From an uncultured delta proteobacterium (GTDB lineage: Bacteria > Myxococcota_A > Polyangia > Fen-1088), in contig CAVTRY010000023.1 in assembly GCA_963737265.1 (NCBI GenBank), forward strand, positions 416,001 to 480,000: a stretch of 64,000 nucleotides of DNA, in the 5' to 3' direction. Under the pieces are notes generated by a model, which was not told the origin of the DNA, ran no database searches, and saw only the letters and a list, made by a program, of their open reading frames with translations. Positions 20,260-33,578 of the stretch are shown here, piece after piece; within the stretch, counting starts at the first letter, position 1, and each line of letters starts with the position of its first letter. Position numbers and translations under genes: made by a program.

Positions 20260-21972
20260 GTGAGTGAAGACAAACAACCTGCTCCCGGCAGCAGCGAGAA
20301 CGAATACATCAAAGACGCCAGCAACTTCCTACGCGGCACCATCGGCCAAGGACTGCGCGACCCCATCACCGGCGGTATCTCGCCATCGGACCAGCAGCTG
20401 CTGAAGTTTCACGGCATGTACCAGCAGGACGACCGCGACGTTCGCCTCGAACGGCAGCGGCAGAAGCTGGAGCCCCTGCACAGCTTCATGGTGCGCATCC
20501 GCATGCCCGGCGGCGTGTGTACCCCCAAGCAGTATCTGGATCTCGATCGAGTCGCCTGCGCCTACGGCGGCGGCTCGCTGCGGCTGACCACGCGCCAGAC
20601 CTTTCAGTTGCACACGGTTCCCAAGCGGCATTTGCGCACCACCGTGCAGGCAATCCACGCGACCTTGCTCGACACCATCGCCGCGTGCGGTGACGTCAAC
20701 CGCAACGTCATGTGCAATCCGAACCCGTTCCTATCGGCGCTGCACGGCGAGGTCTACGGCTGGGCCAAACGCATCAGCGAACACCTGTTGCCGCGAACCC
20801 GCGCCTACCACGAGATTTGGCTGGGGGAGGATTTGGTCGCGGGCGGCGAACCACCGGACGATGAAGAGCCAACCTATGGCAAGCACTACCTGCCGCGCAA
20901 ATTCAAGATCGCTATCGCGGTGCCGCCGAACAATGACGTCGATGTCTTTGCCAACGACCTTGGTTTCATCGCCATCGCCGAAAAGAACAAGCTGGTCGGC
21001 TTCAACGTGGCGGTGGGCGGCGGCATGGGCATGTCCCACGGCGAAAAGGCCACCTACCCTCGCCTGGCCGATGTGGTTGGATTTTGCCCACCCGAGGACG
21101 CCATCGCAGTGGCCGAAGCCGTGATGACCACGCAGCGCGATTTCGGTGACCGCAAGAACCGCAAACATGCGCGCCTGAAATACACCATCGACGACTGCGG
21201 CCTTGACTGGTTCAAGGGCGAGGTGGAGCGCCGCCTAGGCCGGGCCCTGGCGCCCGCGCGGCCGTTCCAGTTCGACAGTAACGGCGACCGCTACGGCTGG
21301 GTCAAAGGCACTGGCGATACCTGGCATTTCACGCTTTTCATTATGAACGGCCGCATTCGGGATGAGGGCGACCGGCCCCTGCTGACCGCCTTGCGCGAAA
21401 TCGCTCAGATCCACGACGGGGATCTACGCATGACCGGCAACCAGAACTTGATTGTCGCCAGCGTCAGTAAGGGCAACAAGCGTCGCATCGACGATCTGCT
21501 CGACCAGCACGGTCTCAAGGATGGCCTCAAGCAAACCGGGCTACGCCTGTCTGCCATGGCCTGCGTCGCCTTTCCAACCTGCGGTCAAGCCATGGCCGAG
21601 TCGGAACGCTACCTGCCGGGTTTGCTCGACAAGCTCGACGCCATTCTGCGCGAAGTCGGACTGGAAAAGGATCCCATCGTCATTCGCATGACGGGCTGCC
21701 CGAACGGCTGCGCCCGTCCTTACATCGCCGAGATCGGCTTGGTGGGCAAGAACCTCGGCAAGTACAATCTGTATCTTGGCGGCGGCTTCGTCGGCCATCG
21801 TCTCAACAAGCTGTACCGCGAAGGGATTTCCGACCAAGAGATCGTCGCGGTCCTCGACCCGATCCTCCGCAGATATGCTCGCGAGAGGACATCGGGGGAG
21901 CGCTTCGGCGACTTCGTCATCAGGACCGGCTACGTCAAGGCGACTACGCAGGGTATGGATTTTCACGACTGA
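20260..21972 (+). CDS. cysI: Assimilatory sulfite reductase hemoprotein subunit
   Basis: [47 protein letters not shown]. Confidence 0.95.
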   Translation: MSEDKQPAPGSSENEYIKDASNFLRGTIGQGLRDPITGGISPSDQQLLKFHGMYQQDDRDVRLERQRQKLEPLHSFMVRIRMPGGVCTPKQYLDLDRVACAYGGGSLRLTTRQTFQLHTVPKRHLRTTVQAIHATLLDTIAACGDVNRNVMCNPNPFLSALHGEVYGWAKRISEHLLPRTRAYHEIWLGEDLVAGGEPPDDEEPTYGKHYLPRKFKIAIAVPPNNDVDVFANDLGFIAIAEKNKLVGFNVAVGGGMGMSHGEKATYPRLADVVGFCPPEDAIAVAEAVMTTQRDFGDRKNRKHARLKYTIDDCGLDWFKGEVERRLGRALAPARPFQFDSNGDRYGWVKGTGDTWHFTLFIMNGRIRDEGDRPLLTALREIAQIHDGDLRMTGNQNLIVASVSKGNKRRIDDLLDQHGLKDGLKQTGLRLSAMACVAFPTCGQAMAESERYLPGLLDKLDAILREVGLEKDPIVIRMTGCPNGCARPYIAEIGLVGKNLGKYNLYLGGGFVGHRLNKLYREGISDQEIVAVLDPILRRYARERTSGERFGDFVIRTGYVKATTQGMDFHD

Positions 21973-22027
21973 TGGTCGTCCGTCGGCGTCGGGAATGCGA
22001 CTTTGACTTGAATGCAGACAGCGCTAA

Positions 22028-23734
<1,707 letters not shown>

Positions 23735-23783
23735 CAGCCCCGAATCTTCATTCGGGGCCTGGGTGCTCAGTTCTGCCAGAAGG

Positions 23784-26435
23784 TTACTGAATTGCGAACA
23801 GACAGCCGCTGTCACAGGGTTGATTGGGCTGGCCGTTGAGCGCAGTGCCGAGGTCGCATTGCTCGCCCAGATTTGTATCGACGATCCCATCGCCGCAGTA
23901 GTGCGGCAACAGACACCCGATCGTGCATCCCTTCGAATCGGCGGTGGCGGCAGCGCCATTCTGCTTGCCGAGGTCGCACTGCTCCGGCCCACTCGTTCCA
24001 CTTTGCGCAATGCCATCGCCGCAATAGGGACCCCACTTGCATTGAGTGGTACAGCCGCCGTAGGTGGTGTCGTTGTTATTCCCCGTGCAGCCGGTGGGGA
24101 CCGCCGTTCCCGGATCGCCGCAGTCGCACTCCTCGCCGCCGGTGACGACGCCATCGCCGCAGCGCGGCTGGCACTCTGATTTCTTGGTAGTGTAGCCGTT
24201 GAGGGTCAGCTGGTAGTTCGACTCGGGTGGGTGTCGGTCACCGCCGAAAATGGCGATTTCGTAAACTTTGCCCGTGACGAGTCCGAGCGGAACGGTGCGG
24301 ACACGGAAGTCATCCGGCGTGGCGGCGAGTGGAGGCGTCGAATTGGTCGGAGAACAAGCCTTGGACCCCACAGTCACCCCTGTAATATTTCCGGCCGCGT
24401 CCAGGCATCCGCCCTCCGTAACCTGTGCATCCCCATTCGTCGCACCGCTGACCGTAACCTTGCCGGGCAGTTGCTGGTGAATGCCACCGAGGTCGAGAAC
24501 CAAGACACCGTTGATGAAGATGAAAAGGTCGTCATCGCCGTAGAATGACAGCGACAGGCCGTTGGCTGCGTCGTAGGCGAAGAAATAGCGCGCTTCGTCG
24601 GTGAAGTAGTCATCGTTCGTCGCGCCGGGAGTGTTCGTGACCCAGCAGCCATTGCTAAGCGGATTCTGGTTCGGGCAGTCGGCCTGGAGCACGCGGGGCG
24701 GAAAGAGGTATTGATCGCCCCGGCAGGTCGTCCAGATCGGAGTGCCGTTGTAACGATCCCAGTAGGGCCAAAGCATGCACTGCGTATCCTGGCTGGGATT
24801 CAACGTATTGAGGGGAAAGAAACCGCCCTGAGCCAGACGCGATGTACTCGTGTACTGGTATGTGTTCGTGCCCGAGGCCGGGGCGGATTGTAGCTCGAGA
24901 ACGCTCGTGAAAGTCTTGTTCACAGTTGGGTCGTCGTTGAACCATTGATTGAAGCTGGCAGCGTTCTTGTAGGCGGGCACCGTCCCATGGAAAATTGGAC
25001 CACCGGGGGTGCTTGCGGTGTAGCCGGTGATGGTACCGGTATAGGTTCCCATCGAGCTCGTCGTGGTGACGGCAGAGCCTATATTTCCGCCGAGGTAGCC
25101 GCCGTTGCCATCAGAGAGTGGGCTGTCGTTCGCGGCCTCGGTGAAGCCGCCGGGGATGTGGCCAGAATTTCCGATGTCCCAGTCGCTAAACTGGCAGGCA
25201 CAGGTCGTCGTAGGACCGGGCTGGGGCTTGCCATGCAACAGTTTGGGGGCCGCAATTCCCCAACAACGCGCGGTTGAGTCGTTCCCCTTCGCCGGCCCAC
25301 CCGAGTTGGGTACACAAATGGTAGTGGGCGACTTCGATCCATTGTACCGGGTGCCCAGGAAGGGAAAGTCCGGGTGACCGCCAGGGGAGACGTTTTCGGG
25401 CTGAAAGTCCCGGTAGACGATGGGCAGTTCGAGGCACTGGCCCGACCCCGATTGGCAGGTGCTAGAATCTTGTTGCGTTTTGGCCGAGCAAGTAAAGCCA
25501 CTCTCCACCTGACACGTCGACGAACAACCATCGCCATTGATTAGGTTACCGTCGTCGCACGCTTCGCCGGTATCCACGTTGCCATCGCCGCAGCTCGATG
25601 AACACGCCTGAGTGTTGCCGCTGCTATCCTGGCAAGTTGGCTCCTTGGTGCAGGTCTTCGAGCAACCCTTGCCATCGCCGTAGAAGAGACCGTTCATGCC
25701 CTCGCAGGCCGAGGGAAGCTTCGTCTGGTCGGTGCCGCAATCGCACAACTCTCCAGTTTCGACAATGCCGTTTCCGCAAATCGCCTCCGTACACACGCTG
25801 GGCGAGCCAGTGCACGTCCAGCCTGGCTCGACGAGGCAGGTCGACGAACATCCATCACCGCTCTTGGTGTTCCCATCGTCGCATTCCTTGCCTAGCTCGA
25901 CAACGCCGTCGCCACAGTCCGGCGAGCACTTTTTTCCAGGCACGCGGCACACCCAGCCCTTTTCGACGGTCTGACAGTCAGCCGAACAGCCATCGCCGCT
26001 CACCGTATTTCCGTCGTCGCAGGCTTCGTTGGACGTCAGCACACCGTTCCCGCAAACTGCCTGGTTCGTGCAGGACTGACCCGGCGTGGGGCAGATGTAA
26101 TTCGCCTCGATCTGGCAAAGAGCGTTGCACCCATCGCCCGACGTCGTATTTCCGTCGTCGCACTGTTCGGGAGGGTCGAGCTTCCCATTGCCGCACAGGG
26201 CCAGATTGCCGATTGGTACCGAGCTGATGCTGACGACTCCACCGCCGCCCGAACTGTTGCCGCCGCCGTTGCCAGCTCCGCCGTGTCCGCTGCCTCCCCC
26301 GCCGGACGGACCGATCTGCCCACCCGATTGGCACCCGACACCGCCGAAAACGAAGACGCCCCCAAAAAGAAGGGCTGATAGGGAAACCGCCAACAACACG
26401 CGGTTGGCACAAAGTGGGGTAGTGCTGGTTCGCAT
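23784..26435 (-). CDS. Fibro-slime domain lipoprotein with myxobacterial Cys-rich (CGNG..E.CDDGN) repeats
   Basis: GVGC lipobox; repeated CDDGN..SGDGC; YRDF, FTDEARYFF, FYGDDDLFIFINGVLVLDLGGIH. Confidence 0.85.
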   Translation of the reverse strand: MRTSTTPLCANRVLLAVSLSALLFGGVFVFGGVGCQSGGQIGPSGGGGSGHGGAGNGGGNSSGGGGVVSISSVPIGNLALCGNGKLDPPEQCDDGNTTSGDGCNALCQIEANYICPTPGQSCTNQAVCGNGVLTSNEACDDGNTVSGDGCSADCQTVEKGWVCRVPGKKCSPDCGDGVVELGKECDDGNTKSGDGCSSTCLVEPGWTCTGSPSVCTEAICGNGIVETGELCDCGTDQTKLPSACEGMNGLFYGDGKGCSKTCTKEPTCQDSSGNTQACSSSCGDGNVDTGEACDDGNLINGDGCSSTCQVESGFTCSAKTQQDSSTCQSGSGQCLELPIVYRDFQPENVSPGGHPDFPFLGTRYNGSKSPTTICVPNSGGPAKGNDSTARCWGIAAPKLLHGKPQPGPTTTCACQFSDWDIGNSGHIPGGFTEAANDSPLSDGNGGYLGGNIGSAVTTTSSMGTYTGTITGYTASTPGGPIFHGTVPAYKNAASFNQWFNDDPTVNKTFTSVLELQSAPASGTNTYQYTSTSRLAQGGFFPLNTLNPSQDTQCMLWPYWDRYNGTPIWTTCRGDQYLFPPRVLQADCPNQNPLSNGCWVTNTPGATNDDYFTDEARYFFAYDAANGLSLSFYGDDDLFIFINGVLVLDLGGIHQQLPGKVTVSGATNGDAQVTEGGCLDAAGNITGVTVGSKACSPTNSTPPLAATPDDFRVRTVPLGLVTGKVYEIAIFGGDRHPPESNYQLTLNGYTTKKSECQPRCGDGVVTGGEECDCGDPGTAVPTGCTGNNNDTTYGGCTTQCKWGPYCGDGIAQSGTSGPEQCDLGKQNGAAATADSKGCTIGCLLPHYCGDGIVDTNLGEQCDLGTALNGQPNQPCDSGCLFAIQ

Positions 26436-26570
26436 GGAACGTACCTCTCGTGAGGGTGAACGAAGACTCTCGCCCGGTCTTTGCAACGGAGTATAGCGAA
26501 CCGACCTAATGATCGGTGAACAAAATGCTTCACAACTGTAACGGGGATCTCATTTTTGCCCACCCCAGAG

Positions 26571-28403
26571 TCAGCGCACCTGGGCCACCTCCGAGCGACC
26601 CGAGGCGCTCTCGTCCGTCTGACCCTGCCAGGTTTCAGCCGGGTCATTTTGGGGCGGCAGCAGCTCGTAACGCATGTTGCGTCGGCGGGGAATGAACCCC
26701 GCAGCGCGCACGTGACGCTCGATGTCGCCTGCGGACAACTTAAACACCGCACCGGCCTGCGACACCACATTCTCTTCGATCATGGCGGAGCCGAAGTCGT
26801 TGCCGCCAAAACGCAACGCAACCTGCCCAATGGCCGGCCCCATGGTCGGCCAGGACACTTGCAGGTTGGGAAAATTGTCGAGGTACAGGCGCGCCAGGCT
26901 GAACACACGCAAGTAGCGATTCGCCGTGGTGTCGTCGTTCAGCCGCAGCCGCGTGCCCTCGGCCTGAAAGGGCCAGCAGATGAAGGCCGTGAAGCCGGCG
27001 GTCTGGTCTTGCAGAGCGCGCAGCTTTTCCAGGTGCCTGACGAGGTGCCCAGGCGTCTCGCCAAAGCCAAAGACCATGGTCGCGGTACTGCGCAGGCCCA
27101 AGGCATGCGCCTCGCGCATGACCGCCATCCACGTAGCGGTGGAACACTTGAGCGGCGAAATGCGCCGGCGAATCTCGTCGTCGAGGATCTCGGCGCCACC
27201 ACCCGGCACACTGTCGAGTCCAGCGGCGACCAGACGTTCGAGAACTTGGCGAATCGTCAGTCGCTCGATGCCGGCGATGAAGTTGATCTCCTCGGGCGAC
27301 AGCGCGTGCAAGGCCAGGGGGAAGTTGGCCTTGGTCCAGCGGAACAGGTCTTCGTAGTAGCCAATCGGCAGGTTGGGGTTGACACCACCCTGAAGCAGGA
27401 TCTGAATTCCGCCCATGGCGACGGTTTCGGCAAATTTCTGCGCCAGCACTTCGCGCGACAGGGTGTAGCCGTCCCTGCTCTTGACCGGCCGGTAGAAGTT
27501 GCAGAATTTGCACGCGGTCACGCACAGGTTGGTGTAGTTGACGTTGCGATCGATGATGTAGGTAACCAGGTTTTCGGGGTGCAAGCTCCGTCGGCGCTGG
27601 TCGGCGGCGGCGCCCAAATCCAGAAGAGAGGCTTCCTCGTACAGACGAAGCGCGCCGTCCGGACTCAGCCGCTTGCCCGCCGCCGCGTCGGCGAGCAGCG
27701 AGTCGAGTGCCGGCTCCGCGGCTTCCGTCCTTGGCCGTGGCCACGCCACGGGCCGAGGTTTCTCGGGCGCGTAGGCGAACTCGAACAGGCGAACCCGGGT
27801 TGCCACCTGGGACTCCTCCGCCAGCCGCAGTCGTTCAAAGTACGCCCCCAGCCCAGACAGCTCATCCGAACCCAGGCGGTAGCGAATGCCGCGCACCAAG
27901 TGCTGCTCATAGACAGCAGGATCGCCTCCGTGCGCCTCCGCGAAGGCGCGCGCGATGTCGCGGCGATGCGCGAGTCCCTCGTCCAAGCTCTGCGACAGAA
28001 GGCGCGCTTCATCGCCTCCGATGGCGCTCGGCCGTCCCGCCCAAAACGCGTAAACGAACGGCAGCCCGGTCTGCTGGCACCAGTCGTCGACAGTTTCATA
28101 AGCCCGGCTCGGTTGCCACAGCCCGGTCATGAGGTCGTCCGAGCCGCCAATGGCGGCCCGGCCGGTGATAGCGATCTCCGGAACGACGCGCAGATCGAGA
28201 CCGCGGGCGAGCGCGACCGCTCGATAGCTCGGGCTGGGCAGCAGGGCCAGATCGGCCTGCCCGGTCGCCAGTCGCTCCGCGCATTGCGCGGGAGAAACGA
28301 AGGCGAGCTCGAAACGATCCTCGCCCAGTCCCTGTTCGATACCGTACGTGGTGGGCCGCGCGCTCAGCGCGGATGGCACGGCCAGGCGCAAGCGAGGATT
28401 CAT
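26571..28403 (-). CDS. mqnC: Fusion of a shortened MqnA-like domain with cyclic dehypoxanthine futalosine synthase (radical SAM)
   Basis: C-half: YIIDRNVNYTNLCVTACKFC, PGGGAEIL, NDFGSAMIEENVV; N-half: GQADLALLPS, WCQQTGLPFVYAFWA (MqnA-like). Confidence 0.85.
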   Translation of the reverse strand: MNPRLRLAVPSALSARPTTYGIEQGLGEDRFELAFVSPAQCAERLATGQADLALLPSPSYRAVALARGLDLRVVPEIAITGRAAIGGSDDLMTGLWQPSRAYETVDDWCQQTGLPFVYAFWAGRPSAIGGDEARLLSQSLDEGLAHRRDIARAFAEAHGGDPAVYEQHLVRGIRYRLGSDELSGLGAYFERLRLAEESQVATRVRLFEFAYAPEKPRPVAWPRPRTEAAEPALDSLLADAAAGKRLSPDGALRLYEEASLLDLGAAADQRRRSLHPENLVTYIIDRNVNYTNLCVTACKFCNFYRPVKSRDGYTLSREVLAQKFAETVAMGGIQILLQGGVNPNLPIGYYEDLFRWTKANFPLALHALSPEEINFIAGIERLTIRQVLERLVAAGLDSVPGGGAEILDDEIRRRISPLKCSTATWMAVMREAHALGLRSTATMVFGFGETPGHLVRHLEKLRALQDQTAGFTAFICWPFQAEGTRLRLNDDTTANRYLRVFSLARLYLDNFPNLQVSWPTMGPAIGQVALRFGGNDFGSAMIEENVVSQAGAVFKLSAGDIERHVRAAGFIPRRRNMRYELLPPQNDPAETWQGQTDESASGRSEVAQVR

Positions 28404-29545
28404 TGCACGACCCCGAGGGAGCTTGGTACCTGACGTCGGAAGGGCGTGGCTGGCGCGAGCGCGGCGCCTTCAGCCACCACGTTGTAGAGGGTGTCGCGCT
28501 CGACAGGCTCGCGTCCGGCCCTCTCAATCAAATGCACGAGCTCGGATAGGCTGAGACCCTGCGGCGTTTCGGCGCCAGCCATGTGGTAGATGCGCTCCTC
28601 CTGCACGGTTCCATCCAAGTCGTCGGCGCCAAACCACTGCGCGGTCTGCGCCGTCTTCAGGCCCAGCATGATCCAGTAGGCCTTGATGTGCGCGATGTTG
28701 TGTAGCAGCAGGCGCGACACCGCATAGATGCGCAAATCCTCCACGCCCGTCGGCGCGGGCAATCGGCGAAGCGCGTTGCCGTCCGGATGAAAGGCGAGCG
28801 GGATGAAGGTTTGGAAACCGCCGGTTTCGTCCTGCAGGGCGCGCAGGCGCAGCAGGTGGTCGACCCGATCCTCGGCGCTCTCGATGTGGCCGTAGAGCAT
28901 GGTGCAATTCGAGCGTAGCCCCATGCGATGGGCGGTGCGGTGCACGTCGAGCCACTCGTCGGCCGTGCATTTGTCGGCGCAAATCTTCCCGCGCACGCGT
29001 GGGGCGAAGATTTCGGCCCCGCCGCCCGGCAAGGAATCCAACCCCGCGGCGCGCAGCCTTTCCAGCACTTCGGCCACCGGCATGCCGAAGTGCCGGTGGA
29101 AGAAGAAGATCTCGACCGCGGTGAACGCCTTGAGGTGAATCGTCGGCGAGATCCGCTTGAGACCGGCCAGCAGCTCGGTGTAGTAGGAGAATGGCAGACC
29201 GTCGTGCAGGCCGTTGACGATGTGGATCTCGGTAATAGGGTCCTTTGCTTCGATGCGGGTTCGCAGGCGGCCCCACGCATCTTCGAGGGACATGGTGTAA
29301 GCACCTGGATCTCCGACCTTGAGCCGGGAAAACGAGCAGAACATGCAGCTGGCCACGCAAACGTTGGTGGCGTTGATGTGCATGTTCCGGTTGAAATAGG
29401 TGCGCTGGCCGTGCAGCCGCTCGCGCACCTCGTTGGCGAGCTGACCGAGCTCGAGCAAATTGGGATGCCGAAACAGGGCAACTCCGTCGGCAAAATCAAG
29501 CGGCTCCTGCGCGCGCACCTTGTCCCTGATTTCCGAAAAGCTCAT
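28400..29545 (-). CDS. mqnE: Aminodeoxyfutalosine synthase (radical SAM)
   Basis: NATNVCVASCMFCSF, LKAFTAVEI, HIKAYWIMLG, DGTVQEERIYHMAG; 4-bp overlap with mqnC fusion. Confidence 0.9.
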   Translation of the reverse strand: MSFSEIRDKVRAQEPLDFADGVALFRHPNLLELGQLANEVRERLHGQRTYFNRNMHINATNVCVASCMFCSFSRLKVGDPGAYTMSLEDAWGRLRTRIEAKDPITEIHIVNGLHDGLPFSYYTELLAGLKRISPTIHLKAFTAVEIFFFHRHFGMPVAEVLERLRAAGLDSLPGGGAEIFAPRVRGKICADKCTADEWLDVHRTAHRMGLRSNCTMLYGHIESAEDRVDHLLRLRALQDETGGFQTFIPLAFHPDGNALRRLPAPTGVEDLRIYAVSRLLLHNIAHIKAYWIMLGLKTAQTAQWFGADDLDGTVQEERIYHMAGAETPQGLSLSELVHLIERAGREPVERDTLYNVVAEGAALAPATPFRRQVPSSLGVVQ

Positions 29546-29637
29546 GACCCCAAAACCTAGCAGGGGAAAATCCCGACGCCATCCCGCGTCTCGAAAAAAC
29601 TGGACCTTGGCTGTCCGCTTTCTGGACGTGCAAGCGG

Positions 29638-31878
29638 TTGCGCAACGAGCGCCGCCGGCCCATGGTTTGGCATATGCCTCACCTTCCCGGTGCCGACGCC
29701 TTTTCCCCGACGCTGGAATCCAGGCTAGCGGTCGCTCTGGCCGGATCGGGCGGCACGCGTCCGCGCACGCGCCACCTCGACCCCGACGGCAGCCCGCGCT
29801 ACACCAATCGCCTGGCCCTGGAGAGCAGCCCCTATCTGCTTCAGCATGCGCACAACCCGGTGAGCTGGAATCCCTGGGGCGACGAAGCGTTTGCCGAGGC
29901 TCGCCGATTGGCGCGGCCGGTGTTTCTCTCCATCGGCTACGCCACCTGTCACTGGTGCCACGTCATGGAGGAAGAATCCTTCGAGGATGAATCCATCGCC
30001 GCCTTCATGAATGCGCACTACGTCTGCATCAAGGTCGACCGCGAGGAGCGCCCGGACGTGGACGCCGTGTACATGAGCGCAACTCAGCAACTCACCGGCT
30101 CGGGCGGGTGGCCAATGTCGGTCTGGCTGACGCCCGACCGCGAGCCCTTCTTTGCCGGCACGTATTTCCCGCCGTATGCCGGCACACGCGGAGCTAGCTC
30201 TGGCTTCATCGATATCCTGACCGAGCTGGTCCGTTTGTATGACGCCGATTCAGACCGGGTTCACGAAGCCGCGCGGGCGCTCACTGCCGCCGTCCGCGAA
30301 GCGATGACCGTGGATGTGGATGCAGGCGCGAATGATTTCGGCCGGGGATCGCGGGAGAATCGCCGTCGAGCGGATGCTTCGATGATCGCCGCCGCGGTCG
30401 AGCAATGCCGTCGCGGCTTCGATAGTGAAAATGGCGGTCTACGCCTGCCGCAGAAGTTTCCCTCGAACGTGCCGATTCGCCTCCTGCTGCGCCACCACCA
30501 GCGGACCGGCGATGCGCAGGCCCTGCACATGGCCGTGCTCACCCTAGCGCGCATGGCAGAGGGCGGAATCTACGACCAGGTAGCGGGCGGCTTTCATCGC
30601 TACGCCACGGACAGGCGGTGGCTGGTGCCACATTTCGAGAAGATGCTTTACGACAACGCCCTGCTGGTCGTGGCCTACGCCGAGGCCTGGCAGGTGACCA
30701 AGCGGCCCGACTTCGCCCGCGTTGTGCGTGAAACCTGCGACGAGCTTTTGCGGACTTTCGCCGCGCCCGAAGGCGGCTTCTATTCTGCCACCGACGCCGA
30801 CTCAGAAGGCGAGGAGGGGAAATTCTTCGTATGGAGCGAGGACGAGATCCGGGCCGTGCTCGGAACAGGGGACGATACCGACTTGTTCCTGCGCCACTAC
30901 GGCGTAACTGCGGGTAGGAACTTCGAGCTTGGAAACATTCTCTACCAACCGCGGGCGGACGAGGCCATCACCGTGAAGCTTGCGCCTGCGCGGGCCACGC
31001 TGGCCGAGGCGCGACGGCAGCGCGTGCCGCCGCTGCGCGATGATAAGATCCTGGCGGCGTGGAATGGTCTCGCCATCAGCGCCTTCGCCGTCGCCGGCCG
31101 CATGCTCGGCGAACACCGGTACGTGGACCGAGCGGTCGCCGCGGCGGATTTTCTCGCAACCAAAACGCGAGATGCCCAAAGCGGCCGCCTTGCGCGCAGT
31201 TATCGCTCTCGGCACCTGGGCGCGCCCGGCTTTCTCGACGACTACGCGTTCGTGGCCGCTGGCATGCTGGATCTATTTGAAACAACCTACGACCCGCGCT
31301 GGTTCGACGAAGCTTGCCGCCTGTGCGAAGAGACCGAAGCGCTCTTTGCCGACAGGGTGCGCGGCGGGTGGTTCATGGCCAGCGAGACACACGAGCGCCT
31401 GCTGGCTCGCGAGCGGCCCGTCTTCGACGGCGCAGAGCCGGCGGGCGGCTCGGTCGCGCTGATGAACGCGGCACGACTGGCCGCCTTCACCGACGATGTC
31501 CGCTGGCGGCAGGTGGTCGACCGCGCTCTTGGGTTCTACCAGCCGGTGATCGAGGAACGTCCCATGGCTCTGACCGAGGCTTTGCTGGCCGTCGACTTTC
31601 TCGCCGGTCCGGTACGTGAAATCGTGCTTGTGCTTCCGGCCGGCGGCGACTCCGAGGGCGCCTTCCAAGCTGTCCTTCGCGAAACCTACTGCCCGCGCAG
31701 GGTCCTGGTGGCGGGCGACGCCGCGTCGTCGCGGTGGCACGCCCTGGAGATGCGCATTCCCTTGATCCGCGGCAAGACCCCGCAGGCCGGCCTGGCCACC
31801 GCGTATGTTTGCTCGCGCGGGAATTGCCAGCTTCCGACCACCGACCCGCTAGAGTTTCAACGACAGGTCGCCAGTTAG
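29638..31878 (+). CDS. YyaL/SSP411-like thioredoxin + six-hairpin domain protein (DUF255)
   Basis: [55 protein letters not shown]; start uncertain. Confidence 0.92.
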   Translation: MRNERRRPMVWHMPHLPGADAFSPTLESRLAVALAGSGGTRPRTRHLDPDGSPRYTNRLALESSPYLLQHAHNPVSWNPWGDEAFAEARRLARPVFLSIGYATCHWCHVMEEESFEDESIAAFMNAHYVCIKVDREERPDVDAVYMSATQQLTGSGGWPMSVWLTPDREPFFAGTYFPPYAGTRGASSGFIDILTELVRLYDADSDRVHEAARALTAAVREAMTVDVDAGANDFGRGSRENRRRADASMIAAAVEQCRRGFDSENGGLRLPQKFPSNVPIRLLLRHHQRTGDAQALHMAVLTLARMAEGGIYDQVAGGFHRYATDRRWLVPHFEKMLYDNALLVVAYAEAWQVTKRPDFARVVRETCDELLRTFAAPEGGFYSATDADSEGEEGKFFVWSEDEIRAVLGTGDDTDLFLRHYGVTAGRNFELGNILYQPRADEAITVKLAPARATLAEARRQRVPPLRDDKILAAWNGLAISAFAVAGRMLGEHRYVDRAVAAADFLATKTRDAQSGRLARSYRSRHLGAPGFLDDYAFVAAGMLDLFETTYDPRWFDEACRLCEETEALFADRVRGGWFMASETHERLLARERPVFDGAEPAGGSVALMNAARLAAFTDDVRWRQVVDRALGFYQPVIEERPMALTEALLAVDFLAGPVREIVLVLPAGGDSEGAFQAVLRETYCPRRVLVAGDAASSRWHALEMRIPLIRGKTPQAGLATAYVCSRGNCQLPTTDPLEFQRQVAS

Positions 31879-32078
31879 TTCATGGCAATTGCCGCCCTTG
31901 GTCGTGTCTCCCTAAGCCGGCTCGCCCACATGACTCCGAACACCGCACTGACTTGCATCGACAGCAAGAATATCGCGGCCGGTCCCAATGACCGATTCGT
32001 CTGTTGGTAGATGGTCCAACTCACCACACAGGTGGCGAGCTGCACCGTCGCAATGGCCTCCTTGTGGTATTTTCGCAT
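31875..32078 (-). CDS. Possible small two-helix membrane protein
   Basis: 67-aa ATG ORF with two hydrophobic segments filling the gap downstream of phoH. Confidence 0.35.
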   Translation of the reverse strand: MRKYHKEAIATVQLATCVVSWTIYQQTNRSLGPAAIFLLSMQVSAVFGVMWASRLRETRPRAAIAMN

Positions 32079-32134
32079 AAGCGGGAAACCTATCAGGTGC
32101 CAATAACGAAGGTATTCTTTCGGTAAACAGGATT

Positions 32135-33460
32135 CTAAAGAAGGTTGCTGGCCAAATCCGCCAGCGGCGAGCGTTCGCCCTTGGTCAAATTCACGTGGGC
32201 ATAGATGGACTGGCCCTTCATGCGATCGATGAGGTAGCTAAGGCCGTTCGAGTGACTGTTCAAGTAGGGGTGATCGATTTGAAAGATGTCACCCGTCAAA
32301 ACCACCTTGGTGCCCTCGCCGGCTCGCGTGATGATGGTCTTCACTTCGTGCGGGGTCAGGTTCTGAGCTTCGTCGACGATGAAATAGATCCCAACCAGGC
32401 TGCGCCCGCGAATGTAGGCCAGCGGCGCAATAACCAGCTTTTCTTCTTCGAGAAACTCGTTAATGCGCTTGTGCTTTTGATCGCTATTGGAGAATTGGTT
32501 CTTAATAACGCCCAAATTGTCGTAAAGCGGCTGCATATAGGGATCCAGTTTGGACTGGATATCGCCCGGCAAGTAGCCGATGTCCTTGTTGGACAGCGGC
32601 ACCACGGGACGGGCCATGAAGATCTGGCGGTAGCTCTTGCGGCATTCAAGCGCCGCCGCCAGCGCCAGCAGCGTTTTACCAGTCCCCGCCTTGCCCGAAA
32701 TCGTAACTAGATTGACGTTCGGATTCATCAGCGCGTTCAGGGCAAAGGCCTGCTCGGCATTGCGCGGATTGATGCCGTAGGCGCCGGCCTTGTCCACGCG
32801 CCGAAGCTGTTGCTGCTCGCCATCGTAGGTCGCCAGCGCCGATTTCTTGCCGTTGCGAAGAATGACGAACTCGTTGGGCAGAATGGGTGGATCCAATCCG
32901 AGCTCGCTCGTGTCCGCCGCATGCGGTGGCGCATAGAATTGGTCGATGATGGCGCCAGCGACGTGCTCTTGCAGTCGCACCCCCTGATACAGAGTCGTGA
33001 TGTCCTTGACGTGATCGTTGCGATAGTCCTGCGCCGTGAGGCCGACCGCCTTGGCCTTCATGCGCAGGTTGACGTCCTTGGTGACCAGAATGACCTGAAC
33101 CCTGGCATTCTTGCGCGCCAGCCGATAGGCGATATTCAGGATCTCGTGGTCGGGCGTGCGTTCGCCGAAGCTCAGCTTGAGGTCGGCGTGGAATTCCTGC
33201 CCTACCTTGACCATCACACGGCCGAGCCCGTCGCCGATTTTAACGCCCCGGTCGAACAGCGGCTCGCCGGTCAGTCCGTCGATGGCGCGCAAAAACTCGC
33301 GCGCGTGGTGGTTGAGCGACTCGTTCCCCTTCTTGAAGTTGTCCAGCTCTTCAATAACGGTGATGGGAATGACGACATCGTGCTCCTGAAACTGGTAAAT
33401 GCACTTGCTGTCGTGCAGAGCGACATTGGTATCGAGAACGAAGATTTTTCGGCTTGCCAT
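32135..33460 (-). CDS. PIN-domain PhoH-family ATPase (PhoH2-like)
   Basis: FVLDTNV PIN start; GKAGTGKT; IGYLPG; IRGRSL, DEAQN; GDIFQID. Confidence 0.92.
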   Translation of the reverse strand: MASRKIFVLDTNVALHDSKCIYQFQEHDVVIPITVIEELDNFKKGNESLNHHAREFLRAIDGLTGEPLFDRGVKIGDGLGRVMVKVGQEFHADLKLSFGERTPDHEILNIAYRLARKNARVQVILVTKDVNLRMKAKAVGLTAQDYRNDHVKDITTLYQGVRLQEHVAGAIIDQFYAPPHAADTSELGLDPPILPNEFVILRNGKKSALATYDGEQQQLRRVDKAGAYGINPRNAEQAFALNALMNPNVNLVTISGKAGTGKTLLALAAALECRKSYRQIFMARPVVPLSNKDIGYLPGDIQSKLDPYMQPLYDNLGVIKNQFSNSDQKHKRINEFLEEEKLVIAPLAYIRGRSLVGIYFIVDEAQNLTPHEVKTIITRAGEGTKVVLTGDIFQIDHPYLNSHSNGLSYLIDRMKGQSIYAHVNLTKGERSPLADLASNLL

Positions 33461-33578
33461 CCGGCGGCCACCGAGGCCTTACTGTTTAGACTAGTGTCAC
33501 ACAGGGCGTCTGTCACGACCTAAATGGCTTGCGCAACAAGCCGCACACGTTAAATCGCCTTTAGTCTATCCTCTCCCC

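Noticed and set aside
26556-28433. Long antisense ORFs (e.g. 625 aa here, also 349-1737 and 6135-7721)
   Set aside because: Shadow ORFs expected from high-GC codon bias opposite well-supported genes; no motifs
33461-33578. LexA box upstream of dinB
   Set aside because: No convincing match to known SOS boxes by eye
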